Assembly (NCBI GenBank): GCA_030390025.1
Contig: CM059432.1
Span: forward strand, 68,140,001 to 68,204,000
Reading direction: 5' to 3'
From: Squalus acanthias
Lineage: Eukaryota
Length of the DNA: 64,000 bases
Shown here piece after piece: positions 50,367 through 63,400 of the stretch; positions within the stretch are counted from its first letter, which is position 1; every line of letters starts with the position of its first letter. The notes below the pieces were generated by a model. That model saw only the letters and a program-made list of their open reading frames with translations. It was not told the DNA's origin and did no database searches. Both the position numbers and the translations under genes were made by a program.

Positions 50367-50600
50367 TGTGGCGGATCGCCACCTAAACGGGCGCAATCCA
50401 CTTTTCAGTCCGTGGACAATAAATCGAGCACCTTGCCTTTAAGGCACCTTGCCTTTAAAGGCAGGAGAAAAGGAGTGGGCGTGGCCTCAGAGTTTTGAGA
50501 TCAGTTGACCAGCAGCCATTTTACCGGGCAGATGTGATTAAAAGCTTTGTGTTCCACACATGGACTCGGCCTTAATTCGTGTTTCGCGGCAGCCACAACA
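50367..50600 (+). repeat. 3' LTR (234 bp)
   Basis: Direct repeat of the 5' LTR; contains a tandem duplication of gcaccttgcctttaa(a)g. Confidence 0.95.
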
Positions 50601-51029
50601 TATTGGCCATTACGGAGACGTGGTTGCAATGTGGCCAAGGTTAGGAAATAAATATTCCAGGATACTTAACTTTTAGAAGAGATAGGCAAAATGGAAAAGG
50701 AGGAGGGGCAACCCTGATAATAAAGGATGGGATAAAGACAGTAGAGAGAAAGAATCTTAGCTCCGAAAATCAAGAAGTAGAATCAGTTTGGGTGGAGCTG
50801 AGAAACAGCAAGAGGCAGGAAACATTGGTGCGAGTTGTTTATAGGCCCCCAAACAGTAGTTGTAATGTAGGGCAGAGTATAAATCAGGAATTTGAGACGC
50901 ATGTAACATGGGTAATACAGTAATCATGGGGGACTTTAATCTACATATAGACTGGGCAATCCAAATTTGCAATAATAGTGTGGAGGACGAATTCATGGAA
51001 TGTATGCAAGATAGTTTTCTAGATCAGTA

Positions 51030-51880
51030 TTTTTTTTTTTAATTTGTTTATGGAATGTGGACATTGCTGGCAAGGCCAGCATTTATTACCCATCCTGAGT
51101 TGCCCTTGAGAAGGTGGTGGTGAGCCACCTTCTTGAACCGCTGCAGTCCATGTGGTGAAGACACTCCCACAGTGCTGTTAGGGAGTGAGTTCCAGGATTT
51201 TGACCCAGCGACGATGAAGGAACGGCACTATCCTTCAAAGTCAGGATGGTGTGTGACTTGGAAGGGGAACTTGGAGGTGGTGGTGTTCCCATGCGCCTGC
51301 TGCCCTTGTCCTTCTAGGTGGTAGAGGGGTAGAGGGCGCAGGTTTGCGAGGTGCTGCTGAAGAAGCCTTGGTGAGTTGCTGCAGTGCATCTTGTACACAC
51401 TGTAGCCACAATACGCTGGTGGAGGGAGTGAATGTTTAAGGTAGTTGATGGGGTGCCAATCAAGCGGGCTGCTTTGTCTTGGATGGTGTCGCACTTCTTG
51501 TGTTGTTGGAGCTGCTCTCATCCAGACAAGTGGAGAGTATTCCATCACACTCCTTACTTGTGCCTTGTAGATGGTGGAAAGGCTTTGGGGAGTCAGGAGG
51601 GGAGACACTCGCTGCAGAATACCCAGCCTCTGACCTACTCTTGTTGCCACAGTATTTATGTGGCTGGTCCAGTTAAGTTTTTGTTCAATGGTGACCCCCA
51701 GGATATTGATGGTGGGGGATTTGCCGATGGTAATGCCGTTGAATGTCAAGGGGCAGTGGTTAGATGCTCACTTGTTGGAGCTAGTCATTGCCTGGCACTT
51801 GTGTGGCATGAATGTTACCTGCCACTTATCAACCCAAGCCTGAATATCGTCCAGGTCTTGCTGCATGCGGGCATGGACTG
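51030..51880 (-). mobile_element. 3' fragment of the poly(A)-tailed LINE family seen at 1213-4212, nested in CR1
   Basis: T-run at 51030-51040 followed by sequence colinear with 1223-2050; another internal piece of this family lies at 59605-59895 (+). Confidence 0.9.
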
Positions 51881-54066
51881 AGGAACAGGCTATTTTAGAT
51901 CTAGTATTGTGCAACAAGAAAGGGTTAATTAATAACCATGTAGTAAAGGAGCCTTTAGGGAATAGTGACCAGATGATAGAATTTTATATTGCGTTTGAAA
52001 GTGATTTAGTTAAATCCGAAACTAGGGTCTTAAATCTAAACAAAGCAAACTACGTAGGTATGAGGGGTGAGTTGGCTAAGGTAGATTGGGAAACTACATT
52101 AAAACGTATGACGGTAGAGAAGCAATGGCTAGCATTAATACATAATTTACAACAAATATACATTCCTTTATGGCACAGAAATCCCACAGGAAGTGGTCCA
52201 ACCGTAGCTAACAAGAGAAGTTAAGGATAGTATTAGATCAAAAGAAGAGGCTTATAATGTTGCCAAAAAAAGAGTAGCAAGTCTTAGGATTGGGAGGATT
52301 TCAGAATTCAGCAAAGGAGGAACAAGAAATTGATAAAAGGGAAAATAGAATTAGAGTAAACTAGTGAGACACATAAAAACAGACTGTAAAAGCTTCTATA
52401 GGTATGTAAAAAGGAAAAGATTAGCGATAGTAAATGTGGGGAATAAGGAAATGGCAGAGAAATTAAACAAATACTTTGTGTCTGTCTTCACAGAAGACGC
52501 AAACAAATTCCCAGAAATAGTGGAGAACCAAGTGTCTAATGAGAATGAGGAACTGAAAGAAATTAGTAAAAAAAAAATACATGAGAAATTAATGGGACTG
52601 AAAGCTGATAAATCCCCTGGACCTGATGGCCTACATCCTCAGGTTTTGAAAGAGCTCACTATAGAGATAGTGGATGCATTGGTTGTCATTTTCCAAAATT
52701 CCATAGATTCTAGAACGGTTCCCACGGATTGGAAGGTAGCAAATGAAACCCCACTATGTAAGAAAGGAGGGAGAGAAAACAGAACTACAGACCAGTTATC
52801 CTGACATCAGTAGTTGGGAAAATGCTAGAATATATTAAGGACGTGTTAACAGGGCACTTAGAAAGTAATAATGGGATTGAGCAGTCAACACAGATTTATG
52901 AAAGGGAAATCATGTTTGACAAATCTGAAGAGTTTTTTTGAGGTTGTAACTTGCAGAATAGATAAGGGGGAACCAGTGGATGTGGTGTATTTGGATTTTC
53001 AGAAGGCATTCGATAAGGTGCCTCACAAGAGGTTATTAAACAAAATTAGGGCTCATGGGATTGGGGGTAATATACTAGCATGGATTGAGGATTGGTTAAC
53101 GGACAGAAAACAAAGTAGGAATAAACGGGTCATTTTCGGGTTGGCAGGCTGTAACTAGTGGGCTATCGCAAGGATCAGTGCTTGGGCCTCAGCTATTCAC
53201 AATCTATAGCAATAATTTGGATGAGGGGACAAAATGTAATATATCCAAGTTTGCTGATGATACAAAGCTGGGAATGTAAGTTGTGAGGAGGATGCAAAGA
53301 GGTTTCAAGGGGATATAGACAAGCTAAGTGAGTGGGCAAGAACATGGCAAGTGGAATATAATATGGAGAATTGTGAAGTTATCCACTTGGTAGGAAAAAT
53401 AGAAAAGCAGAGTATTTTTTAAATTGAGAGAGATTGGGAAATGTTGGTGTTCAGAGGGACCTGGTGTCCTTGTACACAAGTCACTGAAAGTGAACATGCA
53501 GGTACAGCAAGCAATTAGGAAAGCAAATGGTATGTTGGCCTTTTATTACAAGAGGATTTGAGTATAAAAGAGTAAAGATGTCTTACTGCAATTATATAGG
53601 GCCCTGGTGAGACCACACCTGGAGTATTGTGTACAGTTTTGGTCTCTTTATCTAAGGAAGGATATACTTGCCATAGAGAATGCAATGAAGGTTCATCAGA
53701 CTGATTCCTGGGATGGGGGGATTGTCCTGTGAGGAGAGATTGAATAGACTAGGCCTATATTCTCTGGAGTTTAGAAGAATGAGAGGTGATCTCATTGAAA
53801 CATACAAAATTCTTATAGGGCTTGACAGGGTAGATGCAGGGAGGCTGTTTCCCCTGGCTGGGGAGTCTAGAGCCAGGGGTCACAGTCAGCCATTTAGGAC
53901 TGAGATGAGGAGAAATTTCTTCATTCAGAGGATGGTGAACCTGTGGAATTCTCTACCCTAGAGGGCTATGGAGGTTCAGTCGTTGAGTATATTCAAGACA
54001 GAGATCGATAGATTTTTGGATATTAAGGGAATCAAGGGATATGGGAAATAGTGCAGGAAAGTGGCA

Positions 54067-56676
54067 GCATGGATACAAAACTGGCTAAGGGACCTACACA
54101 ACATAGCCCAGCAAACCGGTCTGGAGATTCAGGATGAAGGCAGCGCTCATAACTCCATATCGGACGAAGACAATAATGATGTAGACGATGGGGACCCGGA
54201 CGCATGGCCACCCGCGGCACAAGGAACGTTTTAATATCACGCAAGTTGTTAGACCAATGTCAACTGGACTATTGTAGCCCCATCAACCATAACCCCCTCG
54301 CACAAGCAGTCATGTAACCCTCAATGCACTGGTCCAACATCTCCCCAACATCAGATTCAAATCATCTCACCTGTCCACACCCATTACATTATAATCTCAC
54401 TGTGCAGTCTGCATTCAATAATCAGAAACAGTTTAGCAGTGCAAGTGGCAAATATTTAATTGTGATCAAAATAAATGGTTTAACAATAAAGAAATTTAAC
54501 ACCCATGTGCTAACCCTATGTGATCTATGTATTCTTTCTCTTCCTATGCCTACCACTTCTACATAGTGATGCCCCTGTCGTTTCAGCAGATAGTGGAAGG
54601 CTGTTGTTCAGCTTTCTCAAATGTCTTGAGCTGCTCTTGGCTAATGACCTCTGAGTTTGAGCCCATGAGGGCCCTGCCGCTGACTACTGCTCCTGCAGTT
54701 GTGCAGGGGCAGTGTGGGTCAGCTGGAGTGGAGGCACCATCTTGGGTATTGGTTGAGGGGGTGGCGGCACTGGATGAGATGTGCCAATGTTCCAAGCAAC
54801 ATCTGCACTTGCCTCACCCGTTCCACCATGCTCCCTCCCATGGGACAGCATCACATCAGTGCTGTCCATCTGCGGAAGAGCAAAGTGGAGGAAATCAGTG
54901 ATGCCTTGGAAGCCCCAATCTAGTGACTCTACGATCTTGTCAAAACTGATGGAGATGCTTGCGGTCAGAATCTGTATAGTCGCCATCTGAGCCTGCATGC
55001 AGGACACGATGGGTGTTAGCATTAACTCATGTGAGCGGAAGGCTACAATTTCCGTGGAGCTTTCCACACGCTCCATGGTGGATTGCCGAGTTGAAAAGCC
55101 CTAGGTCATCACCCCACAGACGTTCTAGTTGGACTCCTCCCTCCTCTCAACCACTGTGGACAGTGTGCCTGGCAGGCCTGCCAATACCTCATTGAGTTGC
55201 TGCTGTGCCTCCAGCATTCTCCTTTTCAGCACAGGCTCCTGCATGTCCCTGCAGGGTTTCTGCATGTCTGTCCTGGTCAGCAGAGCTTGGAGATGACAGC
55301 ACCCTCCGGTATGTTTTCATCAGCTGTCCGTTCCACCATTCACTGCTGCTCTTGCTCAATGGTGTAATGTGACCCACCAATTGCAGTCCCATCTACTTGT
55401 CTAGGTGGACCAACCGAGATGCTCATCTCTGCGCTGGTGCCTGCTACACCTGTGTTATGTGACAGTGCACCCTCAGAGGGTTTCAGGTCCTCTGAGGAGT
55501 CTTCGTCCTCTCCCATCATTAGCTCTTGATCTTTGTGACAGCACTGGAGGAGAGAAGAAAGGATAATATTAAGTAATGGCACTTTAAGAATGTTGATCTG
55601 CAAATTAAACACTTAAGAGTGTCAATGTTCTGAAGTCAATTGAAAGCTTTGTGGCAGATGCAGTATGAAACATTAATATTGTCACCCTTCTCTGCTGGAC
55701 CACCAGCCTCGCCATCGCCAATGTTGAGGGAGCTTGTATTCCTCCGCCACCAATTAAATCTCTATAATCTGTTGGGGTCCCCCACCGGTCCTCACCCTCT
55801 CCCTGGCACGATATACCTGCAAGTGGCTCTGAGGAATGTTCATATCTGATGGATGCAGTGAAGGTGAGAATCAGACACATGCACAAGGAGGATGAGTGAC
55901 GTGCCTTTGAGGGCTGTGCTAATGATGCCATTTAAGGATGTGTGACGAGAGTGGTTGGGGCGAGTTTGATCATACAAGATCTGAGGATTGTGGCCACTGG
56001 CAGAGATGGAGAGAGGAAACAGCAGCTGAACATGCCAAGAGAGTGAGTGAGACAGGAGATGCATTTACTCTGGCAGATTGATCGTGAGGAGAGTTATGTG
56101 GGGCTGAGGAGTGTTGTGAATGGAGTAGGTCTGACAAGACAAAGTAAGAGGGTGTACAGTGCAGGATATGGGAGAATATAGCCTTATGCTCACCTTTCCT
56201 GACCTGGTCAGGTCATTGACTCGCTTGCGACACTGCATCCACGATCTTGGGGTTACACTCCTGCTGCTCACCTCTACCACCTCCAAGACAGGCCTTCCTG
56301 GTGGTGGCAGCAGGCTTCTTTTTACAAGTCGTTGGGAACAGCACCTCCTCTTGCTCCTTACTGCCCCCAGCAATAAGAGGCGAATGTGAAAATCAGGTTG
56401 CAGCCTTACCTCTTCTCAGTCATCGACAAATTCCTCTTTGCTCTCTAAACCAGAATCTGCAAATGTCGTCCTCAGTTTCATCTATAAACTGGGCCTTTAA
56501 ATGGTTGAAGTGAAATTGCGTCTTGCAGGTCCGCGTCACACCCACTCACGCCCATTGGAGACACAAAACCCAGAAGTAAAATGATAATGAGGCATCCCAG
56601 TTGAAATTGGACATTCCCACGATGTTGCACGTTCATCGGCCACTATCACCCCATCGCCCCTGTTAATATCAGGACC
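54067..56676 (-). mobile_element. Decayed PIF/Harbinger element: Myb/SANT gene (minus) converging on a transposase C-terminal remnant (plus)
   Basis: ORF 56065..56373 contains RSWMQCRKRVNDLTRSGK followed by a gtgagc donor. Plus-strand LHNIAQQ near 54094 resembles the Harbinger nuclease C-terminus. The end ...atatcaggacc is followed by TAA. Confidence 0.7.
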
Positions 56677-56867
56677 TAAGGGCTGAGACAACGGTTATGG
56701 GAGGTGACCAAAGGCATAGTCAAAAAGGTAGGTTTCAATGAGACTTTTGGAACAGGGTAGAGAGGTATTAAGGTGTATGGATTTAGCAAGCCAGTTCTAG
56801 AGTTTGGAGTTCATGGCTCTGCAGCCAAAGGTAGGGGGATGCAAAGCAGGTCAGAGTTGGCGAAGGA

Positions 56868-57130
56868 GTCAGCTTTGGCTCAGTGGTAATATTCTCGCAT
56901 GAGTTAGGTGGTCATGATTTCAAGCCCCACTCCAGATATTTGAGCACATAATTTAGGCTGGCACTTCAGTGCAGCATTGAGGGAGCGCTGCACTGTTAGG
57001 AGGTGCCATCCCTCAAATGCGACATTAAACCTAGTCTGCCCTCAGGTGGACATAAAAAATCCTCTGGCTCTATACAAAGAGCAGGGGAGCTATCTTGGCC
57101 AACATTTATCTCTGAACCAACACCAATAAT
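56868..57130 (+). mobile_element. tRNA-derived SINE, 5' part (same family as 41887-42335)
   Basis: gtcagctttggctcagtggta...ttcaagcccc...gagggagcgctgcactg. Confidence 0.75.
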
Positions 57131-58012
57131 AACTTGCATTTACATAGTGTCTTTAATGTAGTAAAACGTCCCAACGTGCTTTACAGGAGCGTTATCAGAC
57201 AAAAAGAAATTGATACAAAGACAAAGCAGACAACATTAGGACAGGTGACCAAAAGTTTGGTCAAAGAAGTAGGTTTTAAGGAGTATCTTAAAGGAGAGAG
57301 AAAAGTGGATTGGCAGAGAGGTTTAGGGATCTCCAGAACTTAGGGCCTAGATGGCCGAAGGCAGGGCCGCAAATGCTGGGGGGTGAAGGAAGTCAGGGAT
57401 GCACAAGAGGACAGAATTGGAGGAAGGCAGGGTTCTGAGGGTTGTAGAGCTGGAGGATGTTAGAGATAGGGAGGAATTTGAACACAGATGAGAATTTTAA
57501 AGTCAAGACATTCGGGGACTGGGATCCAATGTAGGTCAGCGACCACAGGGATGTTGGGTGAACAAGACTTGGTGCGAGTTAGGATATGGGCAGCAGAATT
57601 TTGGATAAGCTCAAGTTTGTGGAGGGTGGAAGATGGGAGGCCGCCCAGGAAAGCACTGGAATAGTCAAGTCTGGAGGTAACAAAAGCATGGATGAGGGTT
57701 TCAGCAGAGGTGGAGATGGACAATATTATGGAGGTGGAAGTAGGCAGTCTTAGTGATGGAGTGGATATGGGGAGGAAGCTCAGCTCAGGGTTAAATAGGA
57801 CACCAAGGTTGCAAACAGTCCAGTTCAACCTGAGGCAGTGACCAGGGTGGGGGATGAAATCGCTGTCTAGGAAACGGAGATTGTGGAACTGGCCGAAAAC
57901 AATTGCTTTGGTCTTCCCAATGTTTAATTGGAGGAAACTTCTGATAATCTAGTATTAGATATCGGATAAACACCCTGTTAACACAATAGTAGTGGAGCGG
58001 TCGAGAGAGGTG
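57130..58012 (-). mobile_element. L2 LINE 3' part
   Basis: ORF 57460..57828 contains LGVLFNPELSF and AETLIHAFVTSRLDYS..IQNSAA. Confidence 0.88.
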
Positions 58013-58971
58013 ATCTAATAGATCTTATTAGGTGACTATAAACAGATGATATAATAAAAATTAAATAGCAGCATTTTGCATTGCAAAATTTCATTAGTCG
58101 CACAGGGAACATGCTGTATTTACTAATTAAAAACTTGTTGAACTTGACGATAGTTTTCTCAGCGCAATTATAGCAAAAAAAGTTGGGAGTTTACACTTCA
58201 TTTTAATGCTTTAGACAAAGAGAAACAAATTCCAATTACATTTACTGACGTCGCTGGAGGTTTCGATTCTACAGTAATTTTCCTTTGACGCACAGGAGGG
58301 TAGGAAAGGACGAGCCTTACAAAAAGCAAGTCCCAGCATGCTCTGAATGGCCAGTCTTGCCGTCAATCATTAAAAAAAATTCCTGTATGTATCTACTACT
58401 ATCTGGTTCAGTTTTTCCAGCGGACAGTGATTTCGCTGTCTGGCATTCCCGATGAACTCAAGCATCAGGCTTTTCAGAGGTTTACAGGACTCAAAGAAAA
58501 CATTGTTGGAAGCTACATATAGGTAACTTTAACCATTTTCTTATAAATCTCAGACAACCATAAATCGTGGAAACAGAGCTTTAATCCAATCTCTCTTAAA
58601 GGTAGGGTACCCAGAAGTGTACACAATATTTCTAATGCAAGTTTAGAGTAACTTGTTTCAAATATAATCAAAATGTCCTTGAGTTTCGTCTCAGTGCAAG
58701 AATGGCACTTGGTCATGGCAAGAACAGTTTTGGTAATAAAACTTTCTCCCCACTTCCCTCTCTCACCACGACTCCATCACCTTAAAATCACAACGTTTTA
58801 TTCAACGAAACTTGCAATTATATAGCATTTAATGATTCCCCCTCAGGTCTCCCAAAAATACAACTTCAATTTATAATTTATACTTTTCAGCATTGTGGCA
58901 AAATGTTAGGAAGCTGCGCACAAATTAGGCTACCTTCCATAGGCTATTACTAATTTTTCTCTTCAGCTTAC

Positions 58972-59019
58972 CTCACTTGGAGAAACAGTTCCCGCTTCAG
59001 ACCCCACAGCACGCAACTT
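58972..59019 (-). CDS. ATP6V1H: ATP6V1H 48-nt coding exon (KLRAVGSEAGTVSPSE), homologous to the short cassette exon of mammalian subunit H
   Basis: Minus strand reads ttttttgttag|AAG...GAG|gtaagc, phase 0/0. The peptide resembles human KLRGSGVAVETGTVSSSD, which precedes SSQYVQC in subunit H (recalled, not searched). Confidence 0.88.
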
Positions 59020-59895
59020 CTAACAAAAAAATTAAAAAAAAAGACTTAATGTTTTGTATAAATTGCAATCTAAATGAAAAATACTTTAATAGCAAGATGA
59101 CAACTCAATTTATAAAACCAATGAACATGCTCTGCATTATTGTAGCATGGTCACAAAACTGAAAGTATTAATTTTACTTGAAGCACAGATAATCAGATGC
59201 CACCTTTAATTACAAGACAGTTATAACATTTCTGCACAATACACCAGTTAATGAAAGAATTTCATTTATAAGGGGTACACGAGGGTAAGGAAATTTATCC
59301 TGCCTCAGCTAGTATAATATATACACTTGTGCTCTCATTTTTTTTTTTAAAGTAGGAAATATATCCAGAGAAGTCAAATCTGTAATTAGTCAACTCAAAA
59401 AAAGAACTCCTTCCATGAAGAGTCACCATAAAATTCATAAGTAATCTGGCAGTACAAAATCTTTTATTAAAAATAAGAAAAAAAAGTTAAGACTCAGTAA
59501 AACATCATTGCATTTCCAACACCAAAAACAGATTATCTGGTCAGTATCACGTCGCTGTTTGTGGGAGCCTGCTGTGCGCAAATTGGCTGCCGCGTTTCTT
59601 ACATTACAACAGCGGAAACAGCATGTTATTGACAGAGCTAAGCAATCCCACAACCAAAGGATCAGATTAAAGCTCTGCAGTCCAACAACATCCAGTCGTG
59701 AATGGTGGTGGACAATTAAACAACTAACAGGAGGAGGAAGCTCCATGAAAATCCCCATCTACAATGATGGCAGAGCCCAGCACATGAGTGCAAAAGCCAA
59801 GGTTGAAGTGTTTGCAACCATCTTCAGCCAGAAGTGCCGAGTGAATGATCCATCTCGGCCTACTCCTGAGCTCCCCACCATCACAGAAGCCAGCC

Positions 59896-60261
59896 AATAC
59901 CAAAAATAGTGGGAAACCAATGGGCTAATAAGAGTGAGGAACTTAAAGTAATTAAGATCAGTAGAGAAAAAAGTACTTGAGAAACTAATGGCCGACAATC
60001 ACCTGGACCTGATGGCCTACATCCTAGGGTTCTAGAAGAGGTGGCTGTTGAGATAATGGATGCATTGGTTGTGATCTTCCAAAGTTCCCTAGATTCTAGA
60101 ACGGTCCCAGCAGATTGGAAGGTAGCAAATGTAACATCGCTATTCAAGAGAGGGAGAGAGAAAACTGGGAATTACAGGCCAGTTAGCCTGACATCAGTTG
60201 TCGGGAAAATGTTGGAATCCATTATTAAGGAAGTAGCAACAGGGCACATAGAAATCATAAT
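59896..60261 (+). mobile_element. CR1 RT fragment, continuing at 63404-63752
   Basis: [24 protein letters not shown], then [20 protein letters not shown] after the MITE. Confidence 0.88.
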
Positions 60262-63200
60262 GGCTCGGATTTTCTGAGGCTGATGACCGCGTACGCGACG
60301 CGTACACTGTTGCAAGCGCCCTGCAAGTTGCAGGTTTCCGCGTGCGATGCGCATGCGCGAAAACCCAGAACTTGCGATGTCAAGTTTCAGCTCGATAGAT
60401 CCACTGCATCCCTGGGAAATGGGCACTCGCTGGCAGATAGCCCAACTACTTTTAACTTTCATATACATTGGGATAAGCAGACTAGCACCTGTCAGAAAGG
60501 TAGTGAATTTCTTGTCTGTCTGGGATAGTTTTCTACAACAATATGTCCTAGAGGCAACAAGGGGGCATGGCATATTAGCTTTAGTAATGAGTAATGAGCC
60601 AGATTTAGTTAAAAGCCTAATTGTGCGTGAACATTTATCCAATAGTGATCAGAACATGATCGAGTTCAACGTAGCATTTGAAAGGGAGAAACACAAAACA
60701 GCTACTAAGGTTCTAGATTTGGGTAAGGCCGACTTCAAAAGGGATGAGAGAGAGACTGTCCACAGTAAACTGGGCCAATCTGTTAATGGGGGTAAAACAA
60801 CACATGATCAGTGGGAGATGTTTAAAAAAGAATTTAAGGTGATACAGAAGTAGTTTATACCCGAGGGGCAAGCGCTCAACTCGCAAAAAAAAGCCATGGA
60901 TGACTAAATAGGTACGGGAGAGCAACTGAAAGAAAAAGCATACAAAAATGCAAAAAAATAGCACAGATCCTGGCAAATGGGAAAGATACAAGAACAGCAA
61001 AGGATCACAAAACAGATAGTAAGGGCTACAAAAAGGGAGTATGAAAGGAAACTTGCAAGGGATATCAAAATCAACACGAAATTTTTTACAATATTAGGAA
61101 AAAGAGGGTAGTCAGGAGCAATGCTGGCCCCTTAAAAACTGAAAGCGGTGATATTGTCAATGATAATAAGGAAATGGCGAACGTGTTGAATAATTACTTT
61201 GCGTCAGTATATACAGTAGAGGAAGAGGATAGCATGCCAGAAATCCCAAGGAAACTAAATCAGCGACAGGGACTCAATAAAATTAATGCAAGTAAAATAA
61301 CAGTAATGAAGAAAATAATGGCACAAAAGAGTGGCAAATCCCCAGGGCCAGATGGTTTCCATCCCAGGGTTTTAAAGGAAGTCGGTGAGTACATTGCAGA
61401 TGCCCCAACTATAATCTTCCAAAGTTCTCTCAATTCAGTAACTGTTTTAGATTGGAAAATTGTGCATGTCACTCCGCCATTTAAAAATGGTGACAGAAAG
61501 AAACCAGGGAATTATAGACCAGTTAGCTTAACATCTGTTGTTGGGAAATTGCTAGAGTCTATAATTAAGGATAGGGTGACTGAACACCTCAAAAATTTTC
61601 AGTTGTTCACAGAGAGCCAGCATGGATTTGTGAAAGGTAGGTCATGCCTGACAAACCTAATAGGTGACGAAAGTAATGGACAGGGGAATGTCTATGGATG
61701 TTATTTATATGGACTTCCAGAAGGCATTTGATAAAGTCCCACATAAGAGACTGTGAACTAAGGTAGAAGCCCATGGAATTGAAGGCAAATTATTGACCTG
61801 GTTAAAAAATTGACTGAACGGCAGGAGACAGACAGCAGGGATAATGGGTAGGTACTCAAATTGGCAGGAGGTGACTAGTGGTGTCCTGCAAGGATGTGTG
61901 TTGGGGCCTCAAATATTCACAATATTTATTAACGATTTAGATAATGGCATGGAAAGTCATATATCCAAATTTGCCGATGACACAAAGATAGGTGGCATTG
62001 TAGATGGAAGCATAAAATTACAAAGGGATATCGACAGATTAAGTGAATGGGCAAAACTTTGGCAAATGGATTTCAATGTAGGCAAATGTGAGGTCATCCA
62101 CTTTGGACCTAAAAAGGATAGAAGAGGATACTTTCTAAATGGTAAAAGGCTAAAAACAGTGGAGGTGCAAAGACTTGGGGGTCCAGGTACATAGATCATT
62201 AAAATGTCATGGACATGTACAGAAAATAATCAAAAAGGCTAATGGAATACTGGCCTTTATATCTAGAGGACTAGAATACAAGGGGGTAGAAGTTATGCTG
62301 CAGCTATACAAAGCCCTGGTTAGACCACACCTGGAGTACTGTGAGCAGTTCGGGGCACCACAACTTAGGAAGGATTGGCCTTGAAGCGTAGGTTTACCAG
62401 AATGATACCCGGACTCCAAGGGTTAAGTTACGAGGAGATTTTACCCAAATTAGGGTTGTATTCCCTAGAATTTAGAAGGTTAAGGGGTGATCTGATCGAA
62501 GTTTAAGATATTAAGAGGAACAGATAGGGTACAGAGAGAGAAACTATTTCCACTGGCTGGGGATTCTAGGACTAGGGGGCATAGTCTAAAATTTAGAGAC
62601 AGACTTGTTTCAGGAGTGAAATTAGGAAACACTTCTACACACAAAGGGTGGCAGAAGTTTGGAACTCTCTCCTGCAAATGGCAACTGATGCTAGACCAAT
62701 TGTTAATTTTAAATCAGAGATTGATAGCTTTGTGCTAACCAAAGGCATTAAGGGATATGGGCCAAAGGCGGGTATATGGAGTTAGGTCGCAGATCAACCA
62801 TGAACTCATTGAATAGCGGAGCAGGCTCGAGGGGCTGAATGGCCTATTCCTATGTTCCTACTGCTCAGCGAATGCCCATGAAACTCTTACGCCTGGTAAA
62901 AGCAGGGGTAGGGCCTTTACCAGTGTAAGAGTTTAAATAAATATTAAAATAATTTAATTATTTAACATAAAAAAACTTTTAAATTAGTTATAAGTTATTT
63001 TTAGCCCCTTTAAAATGTTTAAATTTATTTTTCAAAAAATTAAATGTTTTAAATGTTTAATTTAATTGTATTTTAATTAATTTTGAACATGTAATGATTT
63101 ATTTTTATTTAACTGGCGTGTAATTGTGATTTTATGGGGATTCCTGTTCATGATTATGGGGATTCCGTATGTAAATGGAATCCCCATAAGCATAATGGGG

Positions 63201-63400
63201 ATCCCCTTTCTGATTGGGTAGGCCAGGCCCACGTGATCCCAGGGGCACTTGCGATCCACGTGCACCCGTGATACGTGGGCCTTTACACAGGCGTACAGGT
63301 AGAGGCCCAGGAGCGCAAGTGTTCAAACCTCCGGGACCATAAGGTAAGTTCGTACTTTGGCATTCACCCGCGGGAAGCCTCCGACCGCGAATTCAAGCCC
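60262..63400. mobile_element. Harbinger-like MITE split by a 2.4-kb CR1 insertion, itself inserted in another CR1
   Basis: Ends GGCTCGGATTT / AATTCAAGCCC; 3-bp duplication AAT at 60259-60261 and 63401-63403. The flanking CR1 rejoins as ...[11 protein letters not shown]. Confidence 0.75.
60450..62860 (+). mobile_element. 5'-truncated CR1 (ORF2 fragments to tail)
   Basis: [32 protein letters not shown] and LVRPHLEYC; cctatgttccta tail. Confidence 0.92.

Larger units (their letters stand above)
46363..50600 (+). mobile_element. Gypsy/Ty3 LTR retrotransposon, CsRn1/Kabuki-like, full length with both LTRs
   Basis: TG...CA LTRs at 46363-46580 and 50367-50600. PBS TGGTGACCCCGACG; polypurine tract GGGGGGAG before the 3' LTR; 4-bp TSD TAAT/TATT (one mismatch). 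Domain order is gag-PR-RT-RH-IN. Confidence 0.97.
44875..54066 (+). mobile_element. Near-full-length degenerate CR1 LINE, interrupted by the Gypsy element and by another LINE fragment
   Basis: ORF1 45125-46076 (CxxC..CxxC, leucine zipper, SGNH: HVGTND, DGLH). ORF2 endonuclease LYLNARSI..AITETW is split by the LTR element. RT fragments ([13 protein letters not shown]) run to about 54000; the 3' tail is missing. Confidence 0.92.

Noticed and set aside
46717..50382. Many long overlapping ORFs on alternative frames and the minus strand
   Set aside because: These are shadow ORFs caused by the high GC content of the Gypsy coding region.
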